Source: Candidatus Woesearchaeota archaeon (GTDB taxonomy: Archaea > Nanobdellota > Nanobdellia > Woesearchaeales > ARS49). Taken from it: a stretch of 64,000 nucleotides of DNA. The notes beneath the pieces are model-generated. The model searched no databases. It worked only from the letters and a program-made list of their open reading frames with translations, and had not been told where the DNA came from. Position 1 is the first letter of the stretch, and each line of letters begins with the position of its first letter. This document shows positions 44,482 to 54,684 of this stretch, in pieces. Position numbers and translations under genes: made by a program. Location of the stretch: contig QZIM01000006.1 of NCBI GenBank assembly GCA_003599055.1, positions 24,615 to 88,614 on the forward strand, read 5' to 3'.

Positions 44482-44711
44482 AAACGGAAAAAGAAATGCT
44501 CGACCACATACGCTGGGACCCCAAACTCCACGAAGGAGACTGGCGCATCCACTACCTCGACCTTGGCAAACTCAAGGAAATCAAATATGCCGACATCAAG
44601 AAAACAGACGAGGGACTTATGCTCGTTGACCTTGACGGCAAAGAGACCGCAATCCCCCTTCACCGCATACGAAAAATCACGCGCAACGGAGAGACAGTAT
44701 GGCAGCGATAA
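44478..44711 (+). CDS. UPF0248/DUF504 family small protein
   Basis: 77 aa. ..L..I.WDP........I.Y.D.G....I.........IPLHRIR.I..NGE.VW.R matches archaeal UPF0248. It overlaps gatD by 4 nt and gatE by 13 nt. Confidence 0.65.
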   Translation: MKTEKEMLDHIRWDPKLHEGDWRIHYLDLGKLKEIKYADIKKTDEGLMLVDLDGKETAIPLHRIRKITRNGETVWQR

Positions 44712-46528
44712 AAAACCAGCCGGAGAAGAACGAGATAACCTGCGGCCTTGAAATCCACCAACAGCTCAACACGCGCAAACTTTACTGCAACTGCCCAAGC
44801 ACCATCACCGACGACTTCCACTACACCGTCAAACGAAAACTCCGCGCAGTCGTCGGCGAAAGCGGAGAAGTGGATGTTGCCGCAGCAGAACAGTCCCGCA
44901 AAGGCAAAACCTACCACTACCAATGCAACGACGAGAACGTATGCCTCATCGACCTTGACGAAGAGCCGCCGCGGCCCTTGCGCGAAGAGGCACTCCATAT
45001 CGCCATCGCCGCAGCAAAACTGCTCAACGCCACCTTTGTCGACGAAGCACAACCCATGCGCAAAACCGTCGTTGACGGCTCGAACACCACCGGATTCCAA
45101 AGAACAACGCTCATTGCACGCAACGGAAAAATCGGCAACGTCACCATCCCCACCATCATCCTCGAAGAAGACAGCGCGCGAACCATATCAGAAGATACCG
45201 AAACCACCACCTTCCGGCTTGACCGGCTCGGCATCCCCCTCCTTGAAATCAGCACGGGACCAGATATCAAGACGCCCGAACAGTGCCAGGCAGTTGCAGA
45301 GAAATTAGGGCTACTCCTTCGCTCGCTCAACGTCAAACGCGGCCTTGGCACGATTCGCCAAGACGTCAACGTATCCGTCCCTGGCGGAGAACGCGTAGAA
45401 ATCAAAGGAGCGCAAGAACTCAAACAACTCCCGCAACTCGTCCGCCTCGAGGCACTGCGGCAAAACACCCTCCTTGCAATCAGGGACGAACTCAGGAAAC
45501 GAAACGTAAAAGACGTCAACGCACAAATCCAGGACGTCACCCCCCTCCTTTCGAAAAGCCAAAGCAAAGTGCTCCAAACAGGACTTGCAAACGGAGCAGC
45601 CATTCTTGCCCTCAGACTCCAAGGATTCAAAGGCATTATCGGAAAAGAACTGCAGCCCAACCGAAGATTAGGCACTGAATTCTCCGACCGCGCAAAAGCA
45701 CGCGCAGGCGTTCGCGGCATCTTCCACTCGGACGAAATGCCCAACTACGGAATCACCGCAGACGAAACTTCGGCACTCTCAAAAACACTCGACCTTGGCA
45801 AAGACGACGCATTCGTCCTTGTCTGCGCCCAAAAAGCCCAGGCAGAACAAGCACTCCACGCAGTCATTTCCCGCGCAAAAGAAGCCCTCATCGGCGTCCC
45901 AAAAGAAGTCCGGCGGGCAAATGACGATGGAACCACCACCTTTTTGCGCATGATGCCCGGCGCCGCACGCATGTACCCTGAAACAGACGTCCTTCCCGTG
46001 CGCATCGACAATACCCTGATTGACTCCGTTGCCGTACCCGAACTCATCGAAAACAAAATACTGCGCTACGAAAAACTCGGACTTGGACGCGACCTTGCCG
46101 AACTCTGCGCGAAATCAGAAAAGAACGAACTTTTTGATGCTGCCGTTACCAAATTCAAAAAACTCAAGCCCGCCTACATCGCCGAAGTGCTGCTGACTTC
46201 CGATAAGACCATCAAACGACAATCCGGCATTGACGTTGCGCCAAGCGATGAAGACTACCTCACACTCCTTGAGGCACTCGAGGGCGAACACATCAGCAAA
46301 GAAAGCGTGCTTGAAGTACTCAAAGAAGGAAAAAGCGTGAAAGAGGTTATTGGCAAATACCACGTCCTGAATGACACTGAACTCAAACGGGAACTTGAAA
46401 AAATCATTTCCGAAAACAAAGGAAAGCCCTACAACGCCCTCATCGGCGAAGCAATGAAAAAACTCCGCGGAAAAGCAGCAGGGCAAAAAATAGCGGAAAT
46501 GCTCAAAGAGTTGGTTCGCGGTTTGTAG
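44699..46528 (+). CDS. gatE: Glu-tRNA(Gln) amidotransferase subunit E
   Basis: ITCGLEIHQQLNTRKLYCNCPS is the GatE/GatB N-terminal signature. 609 aa with a C-terminal YqeY-like tail. Confidence 0.92.
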   Translation: MAAIKNQPEKNEITCGLEIHQQLNTRKLYCNCPSTITDDFHYTVKRKLRAVVGESGEVDVAAAEQSRKGKTYHYQCNDENVCLIDLDEEPPRPLREEALHIAIAAAKLLNATFVDEAQPMRKTVVDGSNTTGFQRTTLIARNGKIGNVTIPTIILEEDSARTISEDTETTTFRLDRLGIPLLEISTGPDIKTPEQCQAVAEKLGLLLRSLNVKRGLGTIRQDVNVSVPGGERVEIKGAQELKQLPQLVRLEALRQNTLLAIRDELRKRNVKDVNAQIQDVTPLLSKSQSKVLQTGLANGAAILALRLQGFKGIIGKELQPNRRLGTEFSDRAKARAGVRGIFHSDEMPNYGITADETSALSKTLDLGKDDAFVLVCAQKAQAEQALHAVISRAKEALIGVPKEVRRANDDGTTTFLRMMPGAARMYPETDVLPVRIDNTLIDSVAVPELIENKILRYEKLGLGRDLAELCAKSEKNELFDAAVTKFKKLKPAYIAEVLLTSDKTIKRQSGIDVAPSDEDYLTLLEALEGEHISKESVLEVLKEGKSVKEVIGKYHVLNDTELKRELEKIISENKGKPYNALIGEAMKKLRGKAAGQKIAEMLKELVRGL

Positions 46529-46543
46529 TCGGTGGTTGATTAA

Positions 46544-47419
46544 ATGAAATTCCTCATTATCGGAGACCTGCACGGCCACAAACCGAATATTTACTTCAAA
46601 GAATTTGACGCAATCATTGCCCCCGGCGACTTCTGCTCGGACGCACCCCGCGCGTGGATGTTCAAGGCACTCAAAGACCAACTCGCCAGCGCAAAAAGCA
46701 AAACAACCTGGTACGGCCTTGTCGGCAGAAAAAAAGCCAAAAGAATGGTCCAAAAAAGCCTTGCAGACGGCCGCGCAATCCTTGAATACCTTAACTCATT
46801 TGGCAAGCCAGTTTATGCAGTCCCCGGAAATTGGGACTGGACCGGCAAAGAATCAGACTGGACATTCATCAAGAAAAATTACTGGCCCCGGCTCATCAGG
46901 GACCTTAATAATGTTGTAGACTTGCACCATAAAACAGCCATTTCAAACGGAATCACTCTTCTCGGACACGGCATCATATCAGGACCAGAATACCCACAGG
47001 ACCCTGCGGAAAAAAAGAGACTTACCGACTCAGGAGAACTTGACTCCGTTAAAAAAAGCTACATCCGCCAAAAATCAATTGTCACAAGACTCTTTTATGA
47101 TGCAAAATCACCCGTCATCTTTATCCCGCACAACGTCCCCTACAACACGCCCCTTGACCAAATCAACAACCCCGCATCACCACGCAACGGGCAACACTTC
47201 GGCTCAGTCATTGCAAGAGAAATGATATACCGATTCTCACCCCTTGTCTGCATCGGCGGACACATGCACGAACACTTCACCCACTGCAAACTCGGGAAAA
47301 CCCTGTGCATCAACGCAGGATTCGGGCCTCACGTCAACGTCCTTCTTGAGATTGAAGGAGACACCGTGAAAAAAGTTGAATTCTCCAAGGCGGGCAAGAT
47401 TGTTGAGACAATCAGTTAA
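46544..47419 (+). CDS. Calcineurin-like metallophosphoesterase
   Basis: MKFLIIGDLHG, PGNWDW and GGHMHE metal-binding motifs. Confidence 0.75.
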   Translation: MKFLIIGDLHGHKPNIYFKEFDAIIAPGDFCSDAPRAWMFKALKDQLASAKSKTTWYGLVGRKKAKRMVQKSLADGRAILEYLNSFGKPVYAVPGNWDWTGKESDWTFIKKNYWPRLIRDLNNVVDLHHKTAISNGITLLGHGIISGPEYPQDPAEKKRLTDSGELDSVKKSYIRQKSIVTRLFYDAKSPVIFIPHNVPYNTPLDQINNPASPRNGQHFGSVIAREMIYRFSPLVCIGGHMHEHFTHCKLGKTLCINAGFGPHVNVLLEIEGDTVKKVEFSKAGKIVETIS

Positions 47420-48095
47420 CCCTTCTTGACCACTCCCCCACGTCCTCAAAATAATAGGCGGATTTCGGGCGCGCAACCAAAGCACGCCGCACGACGAGGA
47501 TAAGCATTGCCGCAAGGATGCCAAGCGAATTGAAAATCAAGTCCCAACCCGTATTAATCCAGCCGCCACCGATGTTGTCAATTGCGTCCGTGTGCGCGGC
47601 TGACGGAAGACCGTCGCCCGGACCGAACGCAAACGCGCCCTCACCAAAACCCCACTTGAGGTAACCGGCAAATTCCGACAGCTCAATCACTGCACCCACA
47701 CCCTGCGCGGCAAGGAAAATCGTGATAAGCAAAAATACATTCTTTTTTGAAAATACGCGCGCGTCCATCCACTGCTCAACAAAGCCAAAAATGAGCAGAG
47801 CAAACGCGAAAAGGCCCACGAAGTGCGTCACGTGGTCCCACTGAATCGGCAGCGGAGACTCCCCGTAAAAACCAAGCGCGCCAAAACCGTGCAAAAGCAT
47901 ACCAAAAATGACCAGCGTCAATACCGGGACTTTGAGCTTTAGCGCACCCGCGTGATATGCGAGAAGAACAGTGAGCGCGGCAAAAATAAGCAGCTCAGGA
48001 ATAAAGCCGGACGTTCCGCTTATGATTGCAAGCGGAATTAAGACTAGGAAAGAAAGAACGCCGAGCACGGTTACGAGCCAGTTCATAGTTACCAT
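47412..48095 (-). CDS. Integral membrane protein
   Basis: 227 aa with about six TM helices. No motif recognised. Confidence 0.55.
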   Translation of the reverse strand: MVTMNWLVTVLGVLSFLVLIPLAIISGTSGFIPELLIFAALTVLLAYHAGALKLKVPVLTLVIFGMLLHGFGALGFYGESPLPIQWDHVTHFVGLFAFALLIFGFVEQWMDARVFSKKNVFLLITIFLAAQGVGAVIELSEFAGYLKWGFGEGAFAFGPGDGLPSAAHTDAIDNIGGGWINTGWDLIFNSLGILAAMLILVVRRALVARPKSAYYFEDVGEWSRRVN

Positions 48096-48128
48096 TAAAG
48101 AGTGACGATTTATAAAAGTATCGCCGAA

Positions 48129-50405
48129 TCAGCCGAAATAAATCGGCAGTTCCTGCTTCATCTCCTTGGCCCGCGCACCACGGAAACGCTCGCGAAGGTC
48201 CTCATACATCTTCTCAACATCCTTTGTCACGCTTGCAGGAACTTTCCTTAACGCCTGCTCAAAATGCCCCATTGTCACGCTCTTTGCCTGCAGGCTTTCC
48301 CTTAGCGCAAGAATTGCCGCCTCGCGGCAAACCGCCTCAATATCCGCACCAACATACCCTTCCATCTTCTCCGCAAGCTCCTCAAGATTCACGTTCCTGA
48401 GCGGCATTGATTTTGCGTGCACGTTCAAAATCTCCAAACGGCTCGCATAATCAGGGACAGGAGTGAGAATAATGCGGTCAAAACGGCCCGGACGAAGCAG
48501 TGCCGTATCCATAATATCAGGACGATTGGTTGCGCCAATCACTACCACATCGTGCATCCCCTCAAGGCCGTCAATTTCCGTCAAAAGCTGATTGACCACC
48601 CGCTCCGTCACGTGACTGTCACTGCTCGCACCGCGCCTTGGCGCAATACTGTCAATCTCATCAAAGAAAATAATTGTCGGAGCCGCCTGCCGCGCCTTCT
48701 TGAACACCTCGCGAACAGCCTTCTCACTCTCCCCAATCCACTTGCTCAAAAGCTCAGGACCCTTGACGCTGATAAAGTTCGCCTCACTCTCATTCGCCAC
48801 CGCCTTTGCAAGCAAAGTCTTACCCGTCCCCGGCGCACCATACATCAAAATACCCCTCGGCGCGCGCACGCCCAAACGCCTGAACACTTCCGGGTGCTTG
48901 AGCGGCCACTCAACCGCCTCACGAAGCTCCTGCTTTACCCCCTCAAGCCCACCAATCTCCTGCCATTTGACGTTTGGCACCTCAACAAGCACTTCGCGAA
49001 GCGCAGACGGGCGCACAACCTTTAACGCATCACGGAAGTCACGCTTATGAATCTTGAGCTTTTCCAAAATTTCCTTCGGAAGCGGCTCATCCTTTCCGTG
49101 CTTGAGGTCAGGCAAAACCCTGCGCAAAACAATCATCGCCGCCTCCTTTGCAAGCGATGCCACATCCGCACCCACAAAACCGTGCGTCACCGACGCGAGC
49201 TCCTTTAAGCTCACATCCTTGTCCAGCGGCATATTTCTCGTGTGAATCTTCAGAATGTTCAGGCGGCCCTCCTTGTTCGGCACGCCAATCTCAAGCTCGC
49301 GGTCAAAACGACCCGGACGGCGAAGCGCGGCATCAAGCGTATTCGGCACATTTGTTGCGGCGATAACAACGACCCTGCCGCGCGACTTAAGGCCGTCCAT
49401 TAACGCAAGCAGCTGGGCAACAACCCTTCGCTCAACCTCACCCTTCGTCTCCTCGCGCTTGGTCGCAATTGCGTCAATTTCATCAATAAAAATAATGCTC
49501 GGCGCGTTCTTCTCCGCCTCCTCAAACTTCTTGCGCAGGTTCTCCTCAGACTGCCCGTAATACTTTGACATAATCTCAGGACCGTTAATACTGATAAAAT
49601 GCGCATTCGTCTCATTCGCAACCGCCTTTGCAAGCAAGGTCTTTCCCGTCCCCGGAGGACCGTGCAAGAGAACACCCTTTGGCGGCTCCACACCCAAACG
49701 CTCAAAAATCTCCGGATGCCGAAGCGGCAACTCAATCATCTCCCGCACTTTTGTAATCTCATCCTGCAGGCCACCGATATCCTCATACGTCACTTCCGGA
49801 ACGGCCTCCTCCTTAATCTCAACCGCCTCCGGATTCAAAACGACCTCAGTTTGCTCAGTCACAATGACCGCAAGCTTCGGATTCGTCTCGGCAACGACAA
49901 ACTTCAAGTCCCCAAAACCATACGCCATCATAGACTCTTCCATCATTGAGAACACTTCATCAAAAAACGGAGACTGAGACATCGTTGACTTTCTGCGCTT
50001 GGTCCCGCCAAGAGAAATAATATCACCCTTACTCAACGCGCGGCCGAGCAATCCCTGCTTGAAAATCATCGCCGACGCCCGCACCACAATCCCTTCCCTT
50101 GCAGGCGCGATAACCACCTTTTTTGCCGGCTCAACCTTTGCCTTCCGAACAGAAATCATCTCCCCAATACTCGTTCTTGCGTTCTTCCTTGAGAGGCCGT
50201 CCATACGGATAATATTGTTGCCGATATCCCCGGGATACGCACGGTCCACAATCGCAACCGACTTTCTTGCGCCCTCAATTTCCACAATGTCACCGGGACG
50301 CACATCAATTTCCCGCATAAAACTGCTATCTACGCGAACAATCCCCTTATGCACGTCATCCTGAATTGCTTCCGCGACTTTTAGCTTAATTTCTGCCGGC
50401 ATCAC
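48129..50405 (-). CDS. cdc48: CDC48/VCP-like AAA+ ATPase (two AAA domains)
   Basis: N-domain [11 protein letters not shown]. Two Walker A motifs ([15 protein letters not shown] and [15 protein letters not shown]). Two Walker B motifs (IIFIDEID and IIFFDEID). Confidence 0.95.
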   Translation of the reverse strand: MMPAEIKLKVAEAIQDDVHKGIVRVDSSFMREIDVRPGDIVEIEGARKSVAIVDRAYPGDIGNNIIRMDGLSRKNARTSIGEMISVRKAKVEPAKKVVIAPAREGIVVRASAMIFKQGLLGRALSKGDIISLGGTKRRKSTMSQSPFFDEVFSMMEESMMAYGFGDLKFVVAETNPKLAVIVTEQTEVVLNPEAVEIKEEAVPEVTYEDIGGLQDEITKVREMIELPLRHPEIFERLGVEPPKGVLLHGPPGTGKTLLAKAVANETNAHFISINGPEIMSKYYGQSEENLRKKFEEAEKNAPSIIFIDEIDAIATKREETKGEVERRVVAQLLALMDGLKSRGRVVVIAATNVPNTLDAALRRPGRFDRELEIGVPNKEGRLNILKIHTRNMPLDKDVSLKELASVTHGFVGADVASLAKEAAMIVLRRVLPDLKHGKDEPLPKEILEKLKIHKRDFRDALKVVRPSALREVLVEVPNVKWQEIGGLEGVKQELREAVEWPLKHPEVFRRLGVRAPRGILMYGAPGTGKTLLAKAVANESEANFISVKGPELLSKWIGESEKAVREVFKKARQAAPTIIFFDEIDSIAPRRGASSDSHVTERVVNQLLTEIDGLEGMHDVVVIGATNRPDIMDTALLRPGRFDRIILTPVPDYASRLEILNVHAKSMPLRNVNLEELAEKMEGYVGADIEAVCREAAILALRESLQAKSVTMGHFEQALRKVPASVTKDVEKMYEDLRERFRGARAKEMKQELPIYFG

Positions 50406-50473
50406 AACACCCCACCCTTAAAATAAGGCAAACACTGTTTAAATAGTTTTCTCCTCTCCAGTGAAAAAGAAAA

Positions 50474-50881
50474 TCACTTCAGCTGAATTTTCGGCAACGG
50501 AATCGGCGGCGGCAGGTTCACTTCGCGCGACAACAGCAGCGCCTCAACATTGCAACGCGAGAAAATCGTGTTCAGCACCGCAGACATCACGTCTTTTGGC
50601 ACCTTCTTCTCCTTTTTCCACTGGTCCAAAATCTGCGTTGCAACCTCGGGCTTTTCAACAAACGTGAGGAAGCCGACAAGAAGCATATCCGCAAGCTTTG
50701 GCTCGTACTTTGCCGTAAACTCAAAATGGAACTTCAGCGCGCCCTGCTTTGCAGAACCCACCGAAATGTCACTCTTCTCAACGTCCTTGAGCACGACATT
50801 ATTGTTGACCTGAATCTTTCCCTTCGCGGGACCGTGCTTTTCCACAAGCACCTTGTTTAACGCTAATCCGACAACTGGCAT
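50474..50881 (-). CDS. Hypothetical protein
   Basis: 135-aa ORF with plausible composition. No motif recognised. Confidence 0.5.
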   Translation of the reverse strand: MPVVGLALNKVLVEKHGPAKGKIQVNNNVVLKDVEKSDISVGSAKQGALKFHFEFTAKYEPKLADMLLVGFLTFVEKPEVATQILDQWKKEKKVPKDVMSAVLNTIFSRCNVEALLLSREVNLPPPIPLPKIQLK

Positions 50882-50981
50882 ACCCGTGCCTGACCAGAGG
50901 CATTATTTAAGGTTTACGGAACTCCAGTACCTCAATCCCGTAGTACCAATAATTTAAAAGGCCCGACGATACAGAACCACT

Positions 50982-51947
50982 ATGGCATTCCCTGAATTTT
51001 TTGCACACCCCCTTGCCTTCAACATCCCCGTCCTCATCGCGTCACTCTACATCCTCTTCAAAAGCGCAGACCTCCTCGTTGACGGCATTTCCGACTACGC
51101 CAAAAAATTCGGGCTTTCCGATGCCATTATCGGGCTCGTCGTCGTTGCCATGGCCGCGTCCGCGCCCGAGATTATCTCATCGCTCAACGGATTCCTCTCC
51201 GGCTCAGTTGGCGTCGGATTCGGCACCATCATCGGAACCAACATGGTCCACGCTGCATTCGCCCTTGGCCTTGTCACCATCCTTGGGCGCAAGATAAAAC
51301 TTGAGCCCACCATCTTCACCCGCGAGCGGCTCCCCATGTGGGTTGCCCTTATGCTCCCCTTCATCCTTGCACTCGACGGACAACTCAGCAGGCCCGACGG
51401 CGCGATACTGGTTATTGCGTTTTGCGCGTACCTGCTCAACTTATGGCGCCTTGAAGGAACTTTTGGGAAAATAAAGAAAAACGTCCCCCTCAAAAGTATC
51501 TGGAAAGACGTACTCATTTTCCTTGGCTGCTTTGTCGCCCTTATGCTCTCCGGCAAATGGCTTGTTTTCAGCTCAGTCCAAATCGGCAGGTATTTTGCGA
51601 TTCCGGAATACTTCGTTGCCCTCACCATCATCGGCATCGGAACAACCCTTCCCGACGTCGCCGTAGAACTCAAGGCGCTCAGAAAAAAACACGCGCAAAT
51701 CGGGCTTGGCGACCTTCTTGGCTCACTCATCATCGAACTGCTCCTGTTCTTTGGCCTTGTTGCGCTCTTCTCACCCATCACCGTCAATTTGGCACAAGCG
51801 GCAAACGCGCTCATCTTCCTTTGCGCATCCCTTACCCTTATGATGTTCCTTATGAACCGCAAAGAACTCACGTGGAAACACGGGCTTGTCTTTGCCGGGC
51901 TTTACCTTGCGTTCCTCTCCATTGAAATCTGGAATGTTGTTCGGTGA
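50982..51947 (+). CDS. Ca2+/cation antiporter (CaCA/YrbG family)
   Basis: Two alpha-repeat-like motifs (AMAASAPEIISS and GIGTTLPDVAVEL). About 10 TM helices. Confidence 0.75.
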   Translation: MAFPEFFAHPLAFNIPVLIASLYILFKSADLLVDGISDYAKKFGLSDAIIGLVVVAMAASAPEIISSLNGFLSGSVGVGFGTIIGTNMVHAAFALGLVTILGRKIKLEPTIFTRERLPMWVALMLPFILALDGQLSRPDGAILVIAFCAYLLNLWRLEGTFGKIKKNVPLKSIWKDVLIFLGCFVALMLSGKWLVFSSVQIGRYFAIPEYFVALTIIGIGTTLPDVAVELKALRKKHAQIGLGDLLGSLIIELLLFFGLVALFSPITVNLAQAANALIFLCASLTLMMFLMNRKELTWKHGLVFAGLYLAFLSIEIWNVVR

Positions 51948-51986
51948 AACGAAAGCAATAAAACACGGAGAGCGAACCTAACCGAA

Positions 51987-52781
51987 ATGATACTCACCGA
52001 CGACCACTGCCACTTAACACACGAATTGTTCAAGGACCAGCTTGACGCAGTCCTTGAACGGGCAAGACAGGCAGGCGTGAAGGCTATAATTTGCTCAGGC
52101 GTAAACGTGCCGACGAACAGGGAAGTCCTGGCCCTTGCGAAAAAGTACGGGCCGCTCGTCCGGTGCAGCCTTGGAATTTATCCCGTTGATGCGCTCGATA
52201 TTGCACCCGATGCAACCGGACTTTCACGACAGCTGCAGCACTTCGATGTTGATGAAGAATTGGAATTCATTCGACAGCATAAAAACGATATTGCCGCAAT
52301 CGGCGAAGCCGGCCTTGATTACCACTGGGTCAAGGATGCCGTCTTGCAGAAAAAAGAAAAAGAAAACTTTGCAAAAGTGATTAAGACCGCAGAAGACCTG
52401 AAAAAGCCGCTCGTGGTTCACACCCGCGATGCCGAATCTGACTGTTTAGAGATGCTTGAAAGCAGCACGGTGAAAAATGTTGTTTTGCACTGTTTTACCG
52501 GCAGGAAACACTTGGTCAAGAAAGCCGCTGATTTAGGGTATTACTTCTCTGTTCCCGCAGTCATTGAAAAACTGCAGCACTTCAAGATGGTTGCAGAAAT
52601 CGCAAGCATCAACCAACTCCTTTCTGAAACAGACGGGCCGTGGCTATCACCCATTGCGGGCGAACCAAATGAACCCAAGAACGTGATATTTACTGTTCGC
52701 AACATCGCAAAAGTCAAGAAATTTACTGAGGAAGAAGTCGCGAATAACATTTGGCTTAACTTCCAGCGCGTCTACGGCTAA
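51987..52781 (+). CDS. tatD: TatD-family metal-dependent hydrolase/DNase
   Basis: DDHCHL, IGEAGLDYH, VVHTRDA and VLHCFTG motifs. Confidence 0.85.
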   Translation: MILTDDHCHLTHELFKDQLDAVLERARQAGVKAIICSGVNVPTNREVLALAKKYGPLVRCSLGIYPVDALDIAPDATGLSRQLQHFDVDEELEFIRQHKNDIAAIGEAGLDYHWVKDAVLQKKEKENFAKVIKTAEDLKKPLVVHTRDAESDCLEMLESSTVKNVVLHCFTGRKHLVKKAADLGYYFSVPAVIEKLQHFKMVAEIASINQLLSETDGPWLSPIAGEPNEPKNVIFTVRNIAKVKKFTEEEVANNIWLNFQRVYG

Positions 52782-53371
52782 AAGAGCTTGCCGCCCTGAT
52801 AGTTCGCCTGCGCCTGCTGCTCGTAGTGCGATTCCCCCCTTAACTCGGTGAACACGAGCTGGCTGAACCTTGAGCCAAGCTCAATTTCGCTGCCAAGAAA
52901 CGGCAGGAGCATAAAGGTGAGAAATCCACGATACCCTGCTTCCCCCACGGTTGTGAAAAGACCGGACTGCGTCAAGCGAAAGAGCGTTGTCCTTGACTCA
53001 ATGTGGCACATCACGTTTGAAGGAATATTCACCTCCTCGCACGTCACGGCAAAATACGGACGAAGCGGATTGAGCTTTACCGCAAACTTCTCATCAACAC
53101 TCTCGATTTTTTCAATGCCGTACTCCGCAAGACGCATCTCATAGCCCTTGAGCACAAACGCCTTCCCCAATTTCGGCATCTTGTTGTCTGACTTTTCAAC
53201 CGCAAGCTTGCCCCCATCAACGATTTCCACCAGCGCTGCAAGACGCAAGTCAATCCCGTTTGCCGTGAGCTGCTTTTCCAAATCACGAAAACCTGAAACC
53301 AACTTCTGCTTTTCAATGAGCGACTTAAGTATTGGACGACTGAAGTGCATAGACGGTGAAGACTCCCGCAT
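52778..53371 (-). CDS. dcd: dCTP deaminase/dUTPase-superfamily protein
   Basis: GIDLRL and ..SRTTLFR......TTVGEAGYRGFLTFML......ELGSRFSQLVF.EL are co-linear with the Dcd family. The start may be the Met at 53350. Confidence 0.6.
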   Translation of the reverse strand: MRESSPSMHFSRPILKSLIEKQKLVSGFRDLEKQLTANGIDLRLAALVEIVDGGKLAVEKSDNKMPKLGKAFVLKGYEMRLAEYGIEKIESVDEKFAVKLNPLRPYFAVTCEEVNIPSNVMCHIESRTTLFRLTQSGLFTTVGEAGYRGFLTFMLLPFLGSEIELGSRFSQLVFTELRGESHYEQQAQANYQGGKLF

Positions 53372-53379
53372 TCATTTAA

Positions 53380-53919
53380 TCATTTCGGTACCAGAAAACC
53401 ACGAATCAAGACAAACGACGAAGGCGCATGATGATTCACGTACTTCACGAAACTCCTTAACCCGCGATAATTGATAACTGTAAGCGCGTTTTCCTGCGGA
53501 GAGACGCGCATGACCTCACCCTCCTTTGCAATGAGCGAAACAAAACCTCCCCACTCCTCATCCCAGCGCAGATTTGGATTCACACGCAACAAGAACAGCA
53601 CGCCCCTGCCTTTCTTTTGCGCATCGGAAAGAACCGTATAATCACCCTTACCAAAAACGCAAAGCTCAACCTCCGCAAGCCGCCCCCTAAAACCTGCGAT
53701 GCCCTCAAGCAAACGCAAGAACTCAACAGAATGAATAAAAGAAGGCACTTTACCGACTTGGTACGAAAAGCGCAAAGGGTCATGCTTTCTCCTGAGTGAA
53801 CCCACTGCAAGCTTACCGGTAAAAAACTTCTGCAATGTCGTGTTTTTGTGCTCAACGAACTGCTTATGTAAAAGCCCAATCACCTCCCGGGTGTAAAACT
53901 GATTCAGCCAGTCAGCCAT
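53380..53919 (-). CDS. Ofd1/Tpa1 C-terminal degenerate double-stranded beta-helix domain-like protein
   Basis: GDYTVLSD...VLFLLRVNP..RWDEEWGGF.......NALTVINYRGLRSFVKYVN follows the non-catalytic CTD pattern. The start overlaps the upstream stop by 8 nt. Confidence 0.5.
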   Translation of the reverse strand: MADWLNQFYTREVIGLLHKQFVEHKNTTLQKFFTGKLAVGSLRRKHDPLRFSYQVGKVPSFIHSVEFLRLLEGIAGFRGRLAEVELCVFGKGDYTVLSDAQKKGRGVLFLLRVNPNLRWDEEWGGFVSLIAKEGEVMRVSPQENALTVINYRGLRSFVKYVNHHAPSSFVLIRGFLVPK

Positions 53920-54499
53920 GAAACCACCCGGCCAATGTCACCCGCTTCTTGCCTGACCTCACTTCCTCAACCTGATGCACCGACTTTTTTGATACTTCAA
54001 AAATTGAAAACGTGTTCAATGACGGAACAATTGACTTCACCACTTCTTTTCCCTTGAAAAACTGCAGCGCGCCGCCATCCGCTCTTGTGAAGTTGCGCGA
54101 GAGGTTCACGATGTACGCAATTTTGCGACCCTCCAGACGGTCGTCGTGCGGGAGCAAATAGTCCGTATCATCATAAATGAAACCAGACATATCAATTGAC
54201 TTCAGACGCTTGCCCGTTATTTGAGAAATGAACAAGAGAAATTCATCAGAGGAGAAAAAAGAATGAAACCCGCGCAGCACCGGGTCTGACAATTCAGACA
54301 CATCATCCGTCTGCTCAAACTGAAACAAGTCACTGTTTTGCTCAACAAAATTTTGGCGAAGCAGCGCCCTTTCAACTCCAAGAATCCTTGCTGTGAAAAA
54401 ATCGGGAAGAACAAGATGCGGAAAAGGACTTGCCCGCTTAAATTGAGCATTCAAACCTGCTGTATCCGAATACCGAACATTCACCCAGCCCATACCCAT
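53912..54499 (-). CDS. 2OG-Fe(II) oxygenase, Tpa1/Ofd1/OGFOD1 N-terminal catalytic domain-like
   Basis: PFPHLVLPDFF, YLLPHDD (HxD), VHQVEEV (distal His) and RVTLAGWFHG. Confidence 0.65.
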   Translation of the reverse strand: MGMGWVNVRYSDTAGLNAQFKRASPFPHLVLPDFFTARILGVERALLRQNFVEQNSDLFQFEQTDDVSELSDPVLRGFHSFFSSDEFLLFISQITGKRLKSIDMSGFIYDDTDYLLPHDDRLEGRKIAYIVNLSRNFTRADGGALQFFKGKEVVKSIVPSLNTFSIFEVSKKSVHQVEEVRSGKKRVTLAGWFHG

Positions 54500-54547
54500 T
54501 CCATCCGCGCAACCTTTATAAACGTTTCAACAGGAGCTGCACATCAC

Positions 54548-54619
54548 GAGCCCGTGGTCTAGCGGTATGACGTCTCATTCACACTGAGGAGGTCGCCAGT
54601 TCGAATCTGGCCGGGCTCA
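54548..54619 (+). tRNA. tRNA-Val (anticodon CAC)
   Basis: Folded by hand as GAGCCCG/CGGGCUC acceptor, UCUCA-UUCACAC-UGAGG anticodon arm and GCCAG-UUCGAAU-CUGGC T arm. Discriminator is A. No encoded CCA. Confidence 0.88.
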
Positions 54620-54628
54620 TTTTTCTTT
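54620..54628 (+). terminator. Oligo-T tract (TTTTTCTTT) directly after tRNA-Val
   Basis: Archaeal terminators are oligo-T runs. This tract starts at the first base after the discriminator. Confidence 0.4.
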
Positions 54629-54684
54629 GCTTCACTACTCCCTTTGGAACAGGAAACCCTAAAAAGAAAGCGAGTCGACGAGAA

